Source: Octopus vulgaris
Lineage: Eukaryota
Direction of reading: 5' to 3'
DNA: 64,000 bases
NCBI GenBank assembly: GCA_951406725.2
Contig: OX597814.1
Coordinates: 225,628,980-225,692,979, forward strand
The notes under the pieces are model-generated. The model worked only from the letters and a program-made list of their open reading frames with translations. It searched no databases and had not been told where the DNA came from. The stretch's first letter is position 1. Each line of letters opens with the position of its first letter. Position numbers and translations under genes: made by a program. Positions 1 to 14,423 of this stretch are shown piece by piece.

Positions 1-2249
1 ATGTGCATACTGAATTCATAAAACAAAAGAGAAGAATAAAAATGCAATAAAATATAAATATAAGTTGTATGCTGGTCTGCATGCCACGTCTCACACCACT
101 ATCGTGCAGCTTTGCTGCAATTTTCTTGTTGTTCCACTTTCCATGCTGCCATGGAATTCAACATGATCCAATGAGATGGAGGACTGCATCATGCTCCAAT
201 ATCTCAGTTTTGGAATGGTTCCTATAACTGGATACCCTTTGCAATGCCAACCACTTTATAGAGTGTACCACATGCTTTTGTGCCAGACCAACACTAGCAA
301 GATTTCATTGTAACTTGCAAAATGAAAGAACCCCCTTCAACTGAAAAGGGAACAGAAGAAAGAGAGCATGATAATTTGCAGCAAGGTGATGAGACGATGA
401 CCTGATCAAGTTTGGCCCAAGGTTAAACAACATACAATCAAAAATAATCAGGAAGAAATATTGAATGAAATCAATTGATCAGTCAGGCAAACTGGACCAA
501 ACAGAAGGGTGACCAGGAGTACAACACCTAAACCTCACAATCTCAAATCAGAAAGATACACAGATAGTGCCTCCACTACCATATATAGATCTGCTTTCCA
601 TGCTGACATGGGTTGGATGGGTTGCCATGGATGGAGTCAGAACATGTTAAGTTAAGGAGTAGATTGGTGGGTTTCTGTTGACTTACATAGATCAGATTTC
701 TACATCTTGCTCATGTTTCACTTTTGGCTTCATTTCTACATCTGGACGGATACCCTTCCTAACACCAACCACTTTACAGAGTGTACTGGGTGTTCTTCTT
801 GTGGTTCCAGTTCAATAAAAATCTATCTTAAACTGAATGCAAAGCAGATGTTTGGATATGGATAGAAATAGCATCTCTTTGATTGAAATGTTTATGTCCA
901 TTGAGCATGACAAATCAATCAGAATGTAAATTGTTACTGTTGTTGCTCATACTGTTAGAGCATGTTAATTTGATCTCTGCAAGATAAGATCTACTAACTA
1001 GTTTTAAATGTAGGAAATTTCTATTTTATTTCTATAGCAGAAGAAAGTTAAATTATAATTTATCATAATATTTGCCCTTTTAAGTAATCTATTTAAAATT
1101 CCCAAATCAGCAACTCAAACTGCTTGAATAAACAGCTAATTATAACGTGTGATAGTTTATGCCCCTCTACCTCATTCTAAAAGAAAGTCAATAGATTCAA
1201 ATTCAAATAAATACCAAAATTTGATGGAAGTGTTGCTGGTCTGTGATAGCAAATATTATTTAGAAAAAAGTTCACAGACGTCTTTTATCAGAGAAGGCCT
1301 TTTACTTAAAGCATCAATGTGGCACAGAAACTCGTCCAACCTTCAAAAGAGTGTTGTAATTTGCTTGAAGCATTGTGGTACAGAAATAAAATAACAAATA
1401 ATAAAGACAGACATCATCTTACAATGTGAAAAGGGATTGTTAAAAAAAGGTTACTTAACCTTCCCTTTTTGCATCATTAGAAGCTCTTCATCTTCGTTAT
1501 TTTACTTTATTTCTTTAAACTTCACTAATTAGTCAAACTCAGTGTATCGTTATTTCGATTAGAAATCATTATTTAAGGCATCATTATAATTATTATCTTT
1601 TATCTGTTACTTGTTTCAGTCTTTGGACTTCGGCCATGCTGGAGCCTGATCTTTAAGGGTTTAGTAAAATAAATCATCCCTAGTACTTCTTTCTTATTTT
1701 TAAAGCCTGGTACTTATTCTATTGGTCTCTTTTCCAAAGCACTAAGTTACAGGAATGTAAACAAACCAATACCAGTTGTGTTGAATGGTAGGACACAAAG
1801 ACCCTCACATACATACGATGGGTTTCTTTCAGTTTCTGTTGCCTAAATCCACTGACAAGGCTTTGGTCAGCCTAGTGCTGTTTTAGACGACACTTATTCA
1901 AGGTGCCATGCAGGTGTCTGTGGAGTGCTCAACAACATGCATGTTAATTTCATGAGCAAGTTATTCCGTTGATTGGCTCAACTGGAACCCTCATCATTGC
2001 AACTTATACAGATATACAATCAAGTAGGTCAGTAGGATAAGAGAAAGGAATGAAGAGAAACAGAACATGGTGAGAGAGAGAGAAACAGGTGATGAAGAGA
2101 GAGATATAGAGAAAGAAGAGAGACAAAGAGAGAAAGAAAGAGAAAAAATAGAGAATGGGCATGGGGACGAAAACGAAGACAAGAAAAGGGAACCAAGATG
2201 TCACTGAAACATTGAATCAAAAGGCAAGGAAGAATCTTTCTTGAAATAC

Positions 2250-2342
2250 CTGAGTTGCAGATGTAGCTTCTTCTGGTTTTTTGTCATCTCGGATTCGAAG
2301 AAATCGTGGAAACCGAAGTGAGATACCTTTCTCAGAATCAAC
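2250..2342 (-). CDS. LIG1: LIG1 exon, [31 protein letters not shown] (motif VI)
   Basis: ttttcag|GTT...CAG|gtattt; 93 nt, phase 0/0; not in the supplied ORF track in this frame. Confidence 0.95.
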
Positions 2343-5300
2343 CTGAAAATAAAATGAACCAAAAGAATTTTAACTGATGTAATCTGATCCAGTATGTTAC
2401 TATACAACATGTTCGTAGATTCAATATATCAACAACATCCCAATAAATTTTAAGGGAAATTGACAAAGTTGAAACATTATGAGTCAAAAGAGTTGTGGTT
2501 TCTAAATAAAGTCTTTAACTCAGAATTGTACTGGGGATGCAATATGAACAATAGCTAAGAAACTTCTCTCTTAAACTGCACAATCTACCTATATGTAAAT
2601 AGATACAGAAGCCAAGTACATCCCCTGCAATTGAGTACCAAAGACATAATATATTTGAGGCCATGTTTCAGTCAAGGCCTCAAAAAATTTACAACAGATA
2701 GAAAGTAGTTGAGTGAAACATAGAAAAGTTAGCAGAAAATTATACAAATAATTTGGATGTGATACGAATTGACATGGTAACACAGATGTCTTTTATTTAA
2801 TGAAGTAACTACTTCAAAAGAGGTTATTGACTAAGAGAATGCCTTTAAGATTCTACACTCTATTTTGGGCATGTTTTAGTCCTTCCTATTACTGATCACT
2901 ATATAAAAGGTATTGAGTGCAGTTTATTGTGACATCAGCACTGTCTCAGGCCTGACCAAAGACTACTTTACACTGATTCTCTTCGCCAACCAACTTATAG
3001 AATCTACTGACATCCTTCTCCTTTTTACCCCATGTTGAGTCCATTCATTTGTTGAACAGGAAGGGGCATTATACTGCTCATCTCCCATCATTACTCTTTT
3101 CTCTGAAAGAGTAAATGATGCGAGAATAGCAGTATAATGAAAAATTATTATAAACACAATGCCTGAGACAGACTCATATATAGATATTATGCATTCCATT
3201 CTCCGGCATCATTTAAAAGACAAGGAGGATCCAATCATAGACAAACCAGCAGGGGACATATAATTTGGATATTCCAGTTGCCTTACTGGCACTTGTGCCG
3301 GTGGCACGCGAAAAGACATTCGAGTGAGGTCGTTGCCAGTACTGCCTGAGTGGCTCCTGTGCCAGTGGCACGTAAAAGGACCCCTACACTCTCAGAGTGG
3401 TTGGCATTAGGAAGGGCATCCAGCTGTAGAAACTCTGCCAGATCAAGATTGGAGCCTGGTGCAGCCTCAGTCAAATCATTCAACCCATGCTAGCATGGAA
3501 AGTGGACGTTAAACGATGATGATGATGAAATGGGGTAATTCATTAAATGTGCCAACTTTACTTTAGTGTCAGCAGTTAGGTCAAAACTAATACAGAATCA
3601 ATTAAGAGATTTCCACTTGCTCTATGTAGCTTCAAAGCTCTGCAACAAAATTTGCTGCTAGTTCCATCTCCCTGTCTAGCATTAGTGGAATATCTATCCC
3701 TATCTCCTCCTCAAGTACATGGAAAAAATATTTGGAAAGAATCTACAGAAACAGTGAATGTTATGAAATTTTAATAAAAAAGGTGCCACATAAAAGGGAT
3801 TGGTGATGGTGCCATGTAAAAAGCTGGCATTAGGAAAGGCTTCCAGCTGTAGAAAGCATGCCAAAACAGACTATGGAACCTGGTGCAGCCCCCGACGCCT
3901 TGCCAGCTCCTGTCAAACCGTCCAACACCTGCCAGCAGGGAAAACGGACTTATATGCTTATGATGATGATGATGTAAAATCAATTAAAAGCAAAAATGGA
4001 TACAATACCTGACCAGAAGCTGCTTTGTGGACAGGAGAAATCGACAAATCAGCAGCTTTTACTTCCCACACTTGGACTGATTCAAACCAATGATCAGGTT
4101 GCATGCTAGAATCATATCTGTAATAGGGCTTTGCTGTTTCTATCAGATGATCTTTAAAGAAATTTGTATGCTTCTCCAGGTCTTCATCTTTGAAACCAGT
4201 ACCCAACTATTAAAAAAAGAATATGAAACATTTATTTTGCTTTCGAAACTTCATCAAGAGTAATCTCCCTTAGCATTCGAAACGTCACTCTTAACCACGA
4301 TAAGAATATGAAATTTAGTGTATTCTAATTTTGAAATTAAATATTTTGTTAAATATAAAACAAGATTAACAACAGAGTAGAAAGAAAGCGGAATCTATTT
4401 CGCCTGTGAGAAAAAAGAAAACAAAATTTTTAACAAAACACAATTTATAAATTAGTTTCTGGTTAGTAATTAATTACTAACTACCTAATCCTGCTCTTAC
4501 ATATTACGAGAGTGGGCTGAAAGGTTCACAGGTTAAATATGAAAGAGTGGTGCTAGAGCAATGAAATCTTGCTTGAATTAACTTCAACCTTTCTTATTAA
4601 TAATTGCAATGTTTCTTTCCGTGTAAACTAACTATTTAACCCTTTCGTTACTGTATTTATTTTGAGATGCTCTGTGTTTCTTTCAATTACTTTAAATATA
4701 ACAAAGAATTTAGTAAAATAACTTAGTTATCATTCAGCTAGTGTTAGGAACATAAATTGTTGACTAAAGTTTGGTGGAAGATTTTAATTCCAAACTTATG
4801 AATACAAGACATTTGTACTACAGAGCCAGAGCCGGTTTCAGCCAGGTTGGTAACGAAGGGGTTAAAGAAGACTTCAAATATAACTAGTAGCAACTTCTCT
4901 TGAAAACGGTCAAAACTTGGCATTGTGGTGTTATCAAGTATCAGCAGAAAAAGGGTTTAGCCGCTAAGGATATTCATGTTGACATGCTGGTTACATTAGG
5001 GGATGACGCACCAAATTTATCAACAGTACAAAAGCGGGCAGCTGCTGCTAGTAAAAGATGGGTAAGTCTTGAAGATGACCGGAGGTCTGGATGTCCTGCA
5101 ACTGCCACCACCAAGGAAAACATTGATTGCATTCACCACATGGTGAGGGATGTTAGGCACTTGACTATAGATCAAATAGCATATTATTAGCATATTTCGT
5201 GAGAGTGTTCAGAATAATGTGCACAACGAACAGGTTTTTGCTCAGTAGGTGACACATCATCTGACACCTGGTCAAAAGCACACATCACATGAAAATCTGA

Positions 5301-8300
5301 CATTGTTAGAGACAGATACTCTGGGGGTTTCCTTGAAAGTTTCCTAACACAGAATGAGTGTTTGGGTTCATCACACTGAGTCAGAGGCAAAGAGACAATC
5401 CATGCAGTGAAAACACTGCTCCAAAAAGGAGCCATAGTTGTTTCATCTGCAGGGAAAGTGATGGCCTCAGTTTTTGGCAAGGATGCAAAAGGTATTGTGC
5501 TTATTGAAAAGGGTCACACAGTCAATGGGAAGTAATATGCCAACTTGCTGAGGCAGTTATGAAAGGCTATCAAGGTGAAATGCCCAGGAAAACCAACGAA
5601 AGGGGTCTTGTTTCATCATGACAATGCTCCAGCACAAGTCCTTAGTTTCAAAGGCTGCTCTGCTTGACTGGCTTTGAACTAGTTGATCACCGTCCCTATT
5701 AACCTGATTTAGCCCCATCTGTTCCCCAACATGAAAAAGCAGTTGGCTGGGAACCAGTATCACAGTGATGATGTCGTCATATCTGCTGTTGATTGTTTTT
5801 GAGCAACAGGATGAAAACTTCTTCACAAATGGAGTCAAAGCACTGCAACACCAACTGAACAAATGTGTGGACCACAAGGGAGACATGAAAAATAAGCCTC
5901 ATTTAGGTCACATTCCATGAGAGTATCTTAAGCCTATGAACTTTCCAGTCAACCCTTTTTTTTTTTTTTTTCTCTCCTTGTTTCAGCTCAGAGCTGCGGC
6001 CATGCTGATGCACCACCATTATCTCTTTTTGACCCCAGTGCGAAAATGGTACTTTATTTATCGGCCCCGAAAGGATGAAAGGCAAAGTCGACCATGGCGG
6101 AATTTGAACTCAGAACCTAACGACAGACGAAATACCACTAAGCATCTTGCTCAGCATGTTAACGTTTCTGCCAGATATTTTTGCATGATTTTTACAGATG
6201 GTTGCCTTTCTTCTCCCCAATTGCATTACAGTGTGGACTGGGTATATTTTATAGTGCAACCCAGCACTAGAGAGGTTGTCTGTAAACATTAAAGAGTCTA
6301 TTCCACTTAGTTTTTGTTCGGAGTTACTGCCCCCTTTGCTAGAGCTGAGGGTCCATGCTTGCTCTGTTCTTTCATCCTTATCTATTGGCATGATCTTTTA
6401 ATCATGGCTGGATGACTTACAACTACACAGTTTATAACATCAGAATACAAACCAATGAGAGAATCTCTACATCAGTTATGGGCAAACTGTGACCCATGGG
6501 TCTTTCTGAATGGCACACCTAGCAACAAATTGTTTTTAATACTGCCAATGAGTCATATCTCATGCGACTCACATCTCAAAAAAGTTGCCTATATCAGCAC
6601 TACATCATCGCTCAACCAGCTAAAAATAGCAGCCAAATCTCCCTTAAACAATACTCTACTGTCTGAAGGGGATATATTAGAAAATGAGATCCTGAGTCCC
6701 CCTTCACATAGGAAAAAATAAACAACATTATGTAAATGACCTCAGATTCAATGTTCATTGAACATTTCAACAGATAAAGTCACAATCTAACCTTGCAAAC
6801 AGTTTGAAATTCTTCATTTTCATCATCATAACAGGCTAATAAGAAGCCACCATAGCGTCCAGTTCGTTTTCCAGTGCCCAAATAGCCTCCAATGGCCACT
6901 AAATCTAAAGTATCACCAACACCATCAAGGTAGTCTTTCTTTAGCTGTAAGGAAGAGAAAATAACCAGTGCAATCAGTTTTTCTGGCATAAAGAGACAAT
7001 CTTATAATAGATTGGGGAGAATTACAATTTCTCTCTGCAGCAAGTTGTTTTTTTTATTTTATTTTTTTTAATTATATCTGTCATCACTACATAGAAGGCT
7101 GCAGGGTATATCAGACGAAACGTTGTGTTAACAACAAACAGGATGAGGACAAATATCCGTCGAATGTAAATAATGTACATAATTCCTCATCTCTTCAATA
7201 TAGAACTATATAAAATTTACAATTGGATAAGGTGTGTGTGCGTGCATGCATGCATGTATGAATGAATGAATGAATGAATGAATGAATGAATGAATTGCAT
7301 AAGAAGATTTTAATGTAAATGATATAAAACATAAGTATCAACTTGAGCTGAGACGAAAAATAAAAGAGTAGCAGGCCCACAAGCGGAACTCAAACTTTGA
7401 ACTTGTTCCAAATAGCACAATCTCTGTATTCAGTACTATTCCCCTCATTTCTATACACTAAAGTTCCACACATACACACACACACAAATCTTTTCCTAGA
7501 TCAAACCATTCCAAGTATACATTAAAGATATGTTGCCCAAAGTTTCGTTACTCAAGATACACCATATGTCAGGACCAGTATTATCTAAAGGTAGGGCACC
7601 ATAGGTGCTGCAGCAGTAATGCCTTCAAAGCACAAGGGACCACTAAACAGTTTAATTATATACTGATGGAGTTGTCACAGAAGTGATACTCAAGCTGAAC
7701 TAGCACTCAAGCTGGATTGTACTCAAACTGGGCTTCACTCAAGCTGGATCATCACTTGAAATAGAGTGTCATACAAATTGGGCCAGGCTATCACTCAACT
7801 TCTCAGCTGCTATATCAACCTTAAAAAAACTCCCCTACTGTCTTCAAAACTGAGAATCACAAGATTTAAGTCCTAAAGCTTGATATAATACACTGCAATG
7901 AAGTCCAAAATGAATAAAACTTGAATACTTAGTGCTGAATTTTAACCCAAGACACATCAGCTGTAGCATATCTGTATATCTAGGCACTGAAAACGTGGAG
8001 TGCTAAGATTTAGATCAGTAAACTTTGGGACAGAGTTTTACACAAGGAGAGATAATCTACAATAGCAAAATCAATTTTATCGGGAATATATATAGAGAGA
8101 GATAAAGCAGTGAATTGTCAGAATTGTTAGCGTGCTGGGTAAAATACTTAGTGGCATTTCGTCTGTCTTTATATTCTGAGTTCAAATTCCACTGAGACTG
8201 ACTTTGCTTTGCACCCTTTCAGGGCTGATAAAATGAGTACCAGTTGAATACTGGTGTTGGTGTAACTGACTAGCTCCTCCCCACAAATTGCTGGTCTTGT

Positions 8301-11300
8301 ACCAAAATTTGAAACCAATATTTAAAAAGAGACAAAGAAAGATACATAAAATATAAAGTTATACCTTCAACCAGTTGTGTGATCTTTTGGCAATTTCATA
8401 CGTGGCATCAACGTCAAGAGTTTTGACAATTAGGCCTTCACAGTTACCTGTAACAATACAAATATGTATACATAAATACATATCATTGTCAGAGAAAGAT
8501 TCAGGACAATAACAACCGAGTGGTTAACACAAAAGATGTTTCTTATGTTCGAATTAATTAATTTGCATTTTTGAGTTGTGTTTCTTGCTAGTCTTGACCA
8601 GAATCAATTGTTAAGGCTAATGACCTTTCTCTTCTCTAAAGGTGTAATTTTACATATACTTTTCAAAGCACACTACATCAAGTTTGTTAGCTTGTTCTAA
8701 ACCATTACAAAATAAGTCATGTGTTCAAACTCTATCATGGACACAATGTTCCATCCAAATGAAAGGTAGTATAACTTTGTTTGCCTCATGTAACCTACTG
8801 ATCTAAATGGAAAGAAGCGTGTTGGCTGAGTCATCATGATTTCCAAATTCCAGAGATCAAATCTTGACATAGATAATCATCATCATCATCATTTAACATC
8901 CGATTTCCATGTTAGCATGGGTTGGACGATCTGACAGGAGCTGACCAGTCAGGGAGTTGTCCAGACTCCAGTTGTCTGTTGAGGTATGATTTCTATGGCT
9001 GTATGTCCTTCCTAACACCAATCACTTTACAGAGTGGTTGGCATTAGGAAGGGCGTCCAGCCGTAATTACAATGTAATTCTAGAATCATTCTAAGGTGGC
9101 AAACTGGCAGAATTGTTACCATGATAGACAAAATGCTTAGCAGCATTTCTTCTGTTTTTACATTCTGAGTTCAAATCTCACTGAGGTCAACTTTGTCTTT
9201 TATTTTTTGGGGGTTGATAAAGTAAGTACTAGTTAAGTACTCAGCTCAATGTAATTAACTACTCCCTCCCCACAAAATTTCAGGCCTTGTGCCTATAGTA
9301 GAAAGAATTCTAGACATTCTTAGGTACACCAGTACTCAAGTCTCATTACCTGCAGTATTGCACACGCTTCACTAACTACTGTAATTGCCAAAATCTACAC
9401 TAATATAGGAGAAAAAAAATATTAAAAAAAAAAACAAAAATTATGTTCAAAAATACATAGAAGTTGATTTCAGTTACCTTTTATTGATTCTTCTAAAAAT
9501 TCTCCAATAACTTCAGGGTTTGATGCTGTAAGAGATTTGGCAAAAACCAATTCTCCTTCTACTTCAAAAAAATTGTCCCAGAGCAACTGCCGTCTCTTGC
9601 GGAAAGGTTCTCGAACTAGTGACTCACCGTTGAGGTAAAGCAAATCAAATGCATGGATACACACCTGAACTTTGATATCATCAGTGGAAGCATCCTGTTA
9701 CCAAAGAAAGTAGAGAGAAAAAATCAGTTGAAGACAGCTTTGAATAACAAATGAAAACAGACTTCGACTTCAAATTAATCATAATGTTAACAATGTTTTT
9801 TTTTTCACACTGACATAAACCTGTATATCTATATGACAATAGGAGCAGGCATGGCTGTGTGGTTCACAAGCCTAGTTCCCAACAATGTGGTCTTCAAGAA
9901 GCTGAACCTTTAGGGTGAGATGACAAAGGACCAAGATATCTGGCGCCTGGCTGTACTCAACAGCAGAAGTGTCAAGACCAATCCTTCTGTTGGGTGAAGC
10001 ACACATGGCGGTGCTACGTAAAAGCACACATGTGGAACCAAATGAAATGCCCATGCAGTGACACATAAGAGCACCTGTGCAGTGCCCATGCAGCACCATG
10101 TAAAAGCACCTGTGTGGTGCCATGTAAAAACACCTGTGCAGTGCCACGTAAAAGCATCCAGCACACTCTGTAAAGTGGTTTGCATTAGGAAGGGCATCCA
10201 GCAGTAGAAACCATGCCAAATCAGACTAGAGTCTGGTGCAGCCCCATCAGCTTGTCAGCTCTGGTCATACCATCCAACCACCCATGCCAGCATGGACAAT
10301 GGACATTAAATGATGATGATGATGCATGGCACTGTGGGCAAGTGTCTTCTACTACAGCCTCAAGCCAACTAAAGTCTTGTGAGAGAATTTGGCAGACAGA
10401 GCATTATTGTCATACAAGCAAAGTTTTTCATTTCCAGTCTTCAGTGAAAAACATGTCTAGCTAAGGAAAATATTGCCTTACATGGAAACAAGAGGTAGGG
10501 CATCTGGCCATAGAAAAATCTGCCTCAGCAAATTCCATCTGGACTAAGCAAGCATGTAAAAGTGGACATTCAATGATGATGAAGATCCTAGTGAATTATT
10601 GATAATTATTTCAATGACTCTGAAGAAACAAAATGCTAAGTTGACCTCAGAAAATACAGAAGTGAAACTAAATACCATAAAGTATTCAGTCAACTGTTCT
10701 ATCAACATTTAGTCATCACCATCATAATCAGCATTCATAGGTGCAGTTGTGCAATACCCCACCTTTTTATGTCATCTTATAAGTGATATTTAATACTTTC
10801 AAATCTGATCTATCTCCATCAGAAATGTTAGTTATATTTTTATCATAGTTCCTCCCTACTACAATTGCACAATGATACCAGCCTAGCATGCATCATCATA
10901 GTGGCATCATTGTTTCAACTATATACACTGACTAACATTCTTCATGCCTTCTCACTTTTCCAAATTGATGAGATACTCAACTTGTTCCTCACGTAAGATT
11001 CTTCTACAACCAACAGGCCGTGTCTGAATCTTCTACAACCACTTCTAATACACTACTGCCTTTTCACATTGTTCATTAACAACTTAGATTTCAGTTCTAA
11101 TTGCAGAATTATTTAATGGCCAGTGCCAAGTTGTCTCTGAAGAATTCTTAGCTGGACTTGAAACTATGCAAAATCACTATTCCAATTTTTTTTTTTTCTT
11201 TTTGTCATTATGAACATCAGCCAGCATCACTGGAAGGCTAGCTCTTGTATACAGATTTCCTATTATGGTTAAAGATGTTATTCCTATCCTCATAACTGCA

Positions 11301-14300
11301 CACTGATGTTACAGTTGGATGCATTTCTCATTGCTAACTACTCGACCATGATATGAGAATAACAGTCTGAAATAACCAGTGTATGCATGCCCAGTCTAGA
11401 AGCAGAATTTATAGGTGATCAGTCTAGAAGTAGATTATGTGTACCCAATCTAGAAGCAGAGTATATGTACCTCATCTCGGAACAAAGTGTATGTACTCAC
11501 TTTAGAGGCAGAGTTTATCTATGCCCAGTCTAGAAACAGAGAATATGTGGCTTATCTAGAATCAGGGTATATATGTGCCCAATGTAGAAACACAGTATAT
11601 AATTGCCCAGTCTAGAAGAGCCACCACAGTTCAACTAATAAGGAAGGTACTGATAAACATATCTAATGAACATTAGTGACAGACCTACAACCAACCTTGT
11701 ACTGCCAGCACATATTTCATCCCAACACACAACAGGAATACTGGTTAAGTGAGAGAATTCCCAATAGTAAAGAACTTTCATCTGCAGACCACATACTACC
11801 TGTTTGGTAGAATGGATGACAAGGCGGCGAGCTGGCACGCCAGGTGAAATGCTTAGTGCATTTTGTCTGCCGCTACGTTCTGAGTTCAAATTCCGCTGAA
11901 GTCAACTTTGCCTTTCATCCTTTCGGGGTCGATAAATTAAGTACCAATTACGCACTGGGGTCGATGTAATCGACTTAATCTCTTTGTCTGTCCTTGTTTG
12001 TCCCCTCTATGTTTAGCCCCTTGTGGGCAATAAAGAAATAAGAATGGATGATAATGCTGAAACTATTACTAACATCAGAGAAAGGAAAAAAAATGGAATT
12101 GGTAGATAACTGTTGAAAGACATGCAGAACATGTGCTTGCACATGGGTTGAAGAACAGTGCCAAGTTTAACGGCCCCTGGCTATTCCAGATAGGCATCAA
12201 ATTGGACAACAGTGCTTTCCAAGTTAGCATGGCTCTTTACTTGGCCTTGAAAATGTGCCAAATAATAATGTGTAAAGGTGAGCATTAGGCTGCCCCAAAC
12301 TGATGTCATAAGCTGTTGCAGAGAGCAAAACAATGAGAGAAACAAAAGGAACAAATGAGCCCTGGTATCTACAAGCATATCAGCAATCTTGGATCTCACA
12401 GGACTGGCATGTAACTATGTGAGATCCAAACTATGGTAAATACTTGAATGGAATTATCTGCCTCCCATAACCCACAGATCACTTGTTGACCTGGGATGCT
12501 ACTTATCACCAACACTTTCACAGAGAACAACATTGTTCACTCCTTGAGTACAATGAAAGCCCATGTTGACAGACAGCAGAATGGATGAATGCTAAACACA
12601 TGTCCCTTTAAACTTGTGACAATAGAAACACTTGACTCCACCAGCAAATTGAGAGTTTTCATCAATGCCATTGGCTGATGACAAACAAAGTGCTCTACTT
12701 CAGGATTGTAGAAATGAATTGGTCCAGCAGTCATTGACAGAGACGTTTTGTGTTTTGGTGGACAGCTGGACTGTTGATGGCCACACCCTTACCATTTGTA
12801 CAGACCTGGACTGTTGATGGCCACACCCTTACCATTTGTACAGACCTGGACTGTTGATGGCCACACCCTTACCATTTGTACAGACCTGGACTGTTGATGG
12901 CCACACCCTTACCATTTGTACAGACCTGGACTGTTGATGGCCACACCCTTACCATTTGTACAGACCTGGACTGTTGATGGCCACACCTACCATTTGACCT
13001 GGACTGTTGATGGCCACACCCTTACCATTTGTACAGACCTGGACTGTTGATGGCCACACCCTTACCATTTGTACAGACCTGGACTGTTGATGGCCACACC
13101 CTTACCATTTGTACAGACCTGGACTGTTGATGGCCACACCCTTACCATTTGTACAGACCTGGACTGTTGATGGCCACACCCTTACCATTTGTACAGACCT
13201 GGACTGTTGATGGCCACACCCTTACATTTGTACAGACCTGGACTGTTGATGGCCACACCCTTACCATTTGTACAGACCTGGACTGTTGATGGCCACACCC
13301 CATTTGTACCATTTGTACCAGACCTGGACTGTTGATGGCCACACCCTTACCATTTGTACAGACCTGGACTGTTGATGGCCACACCTTACCATTTGTACAG
13401 ACCTGGACTGTTGATGGCCACACCCTTACCATTTGTACAGACCTGGACTGTTGATGGCCACACCTACCATTTGTACAGACCTGGACTGTTGATGGCCACA
13501 CTTACCATTTGTACAGACCTGGACTGTTGATGGCCACACCCTTACCATTTGTACAGACCTGGACTGTTGATGGCCACACCCTTACCATTTGTACAGACCT
13601 GGACTGTTGATGGCCACACCCTTACCATTTGTACAGACCTGGACTGTTGATGGCCACACCCTTACCATTTGTACAGACCTGGACTGTTGATGGCCACACC
13701 CTTACCATTTGTACAGACCTGGACTGTTGATGGCCACACCCTTACCATTTGTACAGACCTGGACTGTTGATGGCCACACCCTTACCATTTGTACAGACCT
13801 GGACTGTTGATGGCCACACCCTTACCATTTGTACAGACCTGGACTGTTGATGGCCACACCCTTACCATTTGTACAGACCTGGACTGTTGATGGCCACACC
13901 CTTACCATTTGTACAGACCTGGACTGTTGATGGCCACACCCTTACCATTTGTACAGACCTGGACTGTTGATGGCCACACTTACCATTTGTACAGACCTGG
14001 ACTGTTGATGGCCACACCCTTACCATTTGTACAGACCTGGACTGTTGATGGCCACACCCTTACCATTTGTACAGACCTGGACTGTTGATGGCCACACCCT
14101 TACCATTTGTACAGACCTAAATTAAAAGAAAAGGAAGGAAAATATTACTCTTTACTCTTTTACTTGTTTCAGTCATTTGACTGTGGCCATGCTAGAGCAC
14201 CGCCTATAGTTCAGCAAATCGACCTCAGAACTTATTCTTTGGAAGCCTAGTACTTATTCTAGCGGTCTCTTTTGCCGAACCACTAAGTGGCGGGGACGTA

Positions 14301-14365
14301 AACACACCAACATCGGTTTTCAAGCAATGTTGGGGGGGGGGGGACAAACACAGACATATACACAC

Positions 14366-14423
<58 letters not shown>

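Noticed and set aside
13142-13501. Repetitive 119-aa ORF
   Set aside because: Produced by indels within the minisatellite; no splice or expression evidence.
12766-14118. CRISPR-like appearance of the 40-bp array
   Set aside because: Units are head-to-tail with no unique spacers, there are no cas genes, and the context is a eukaryotic intron.
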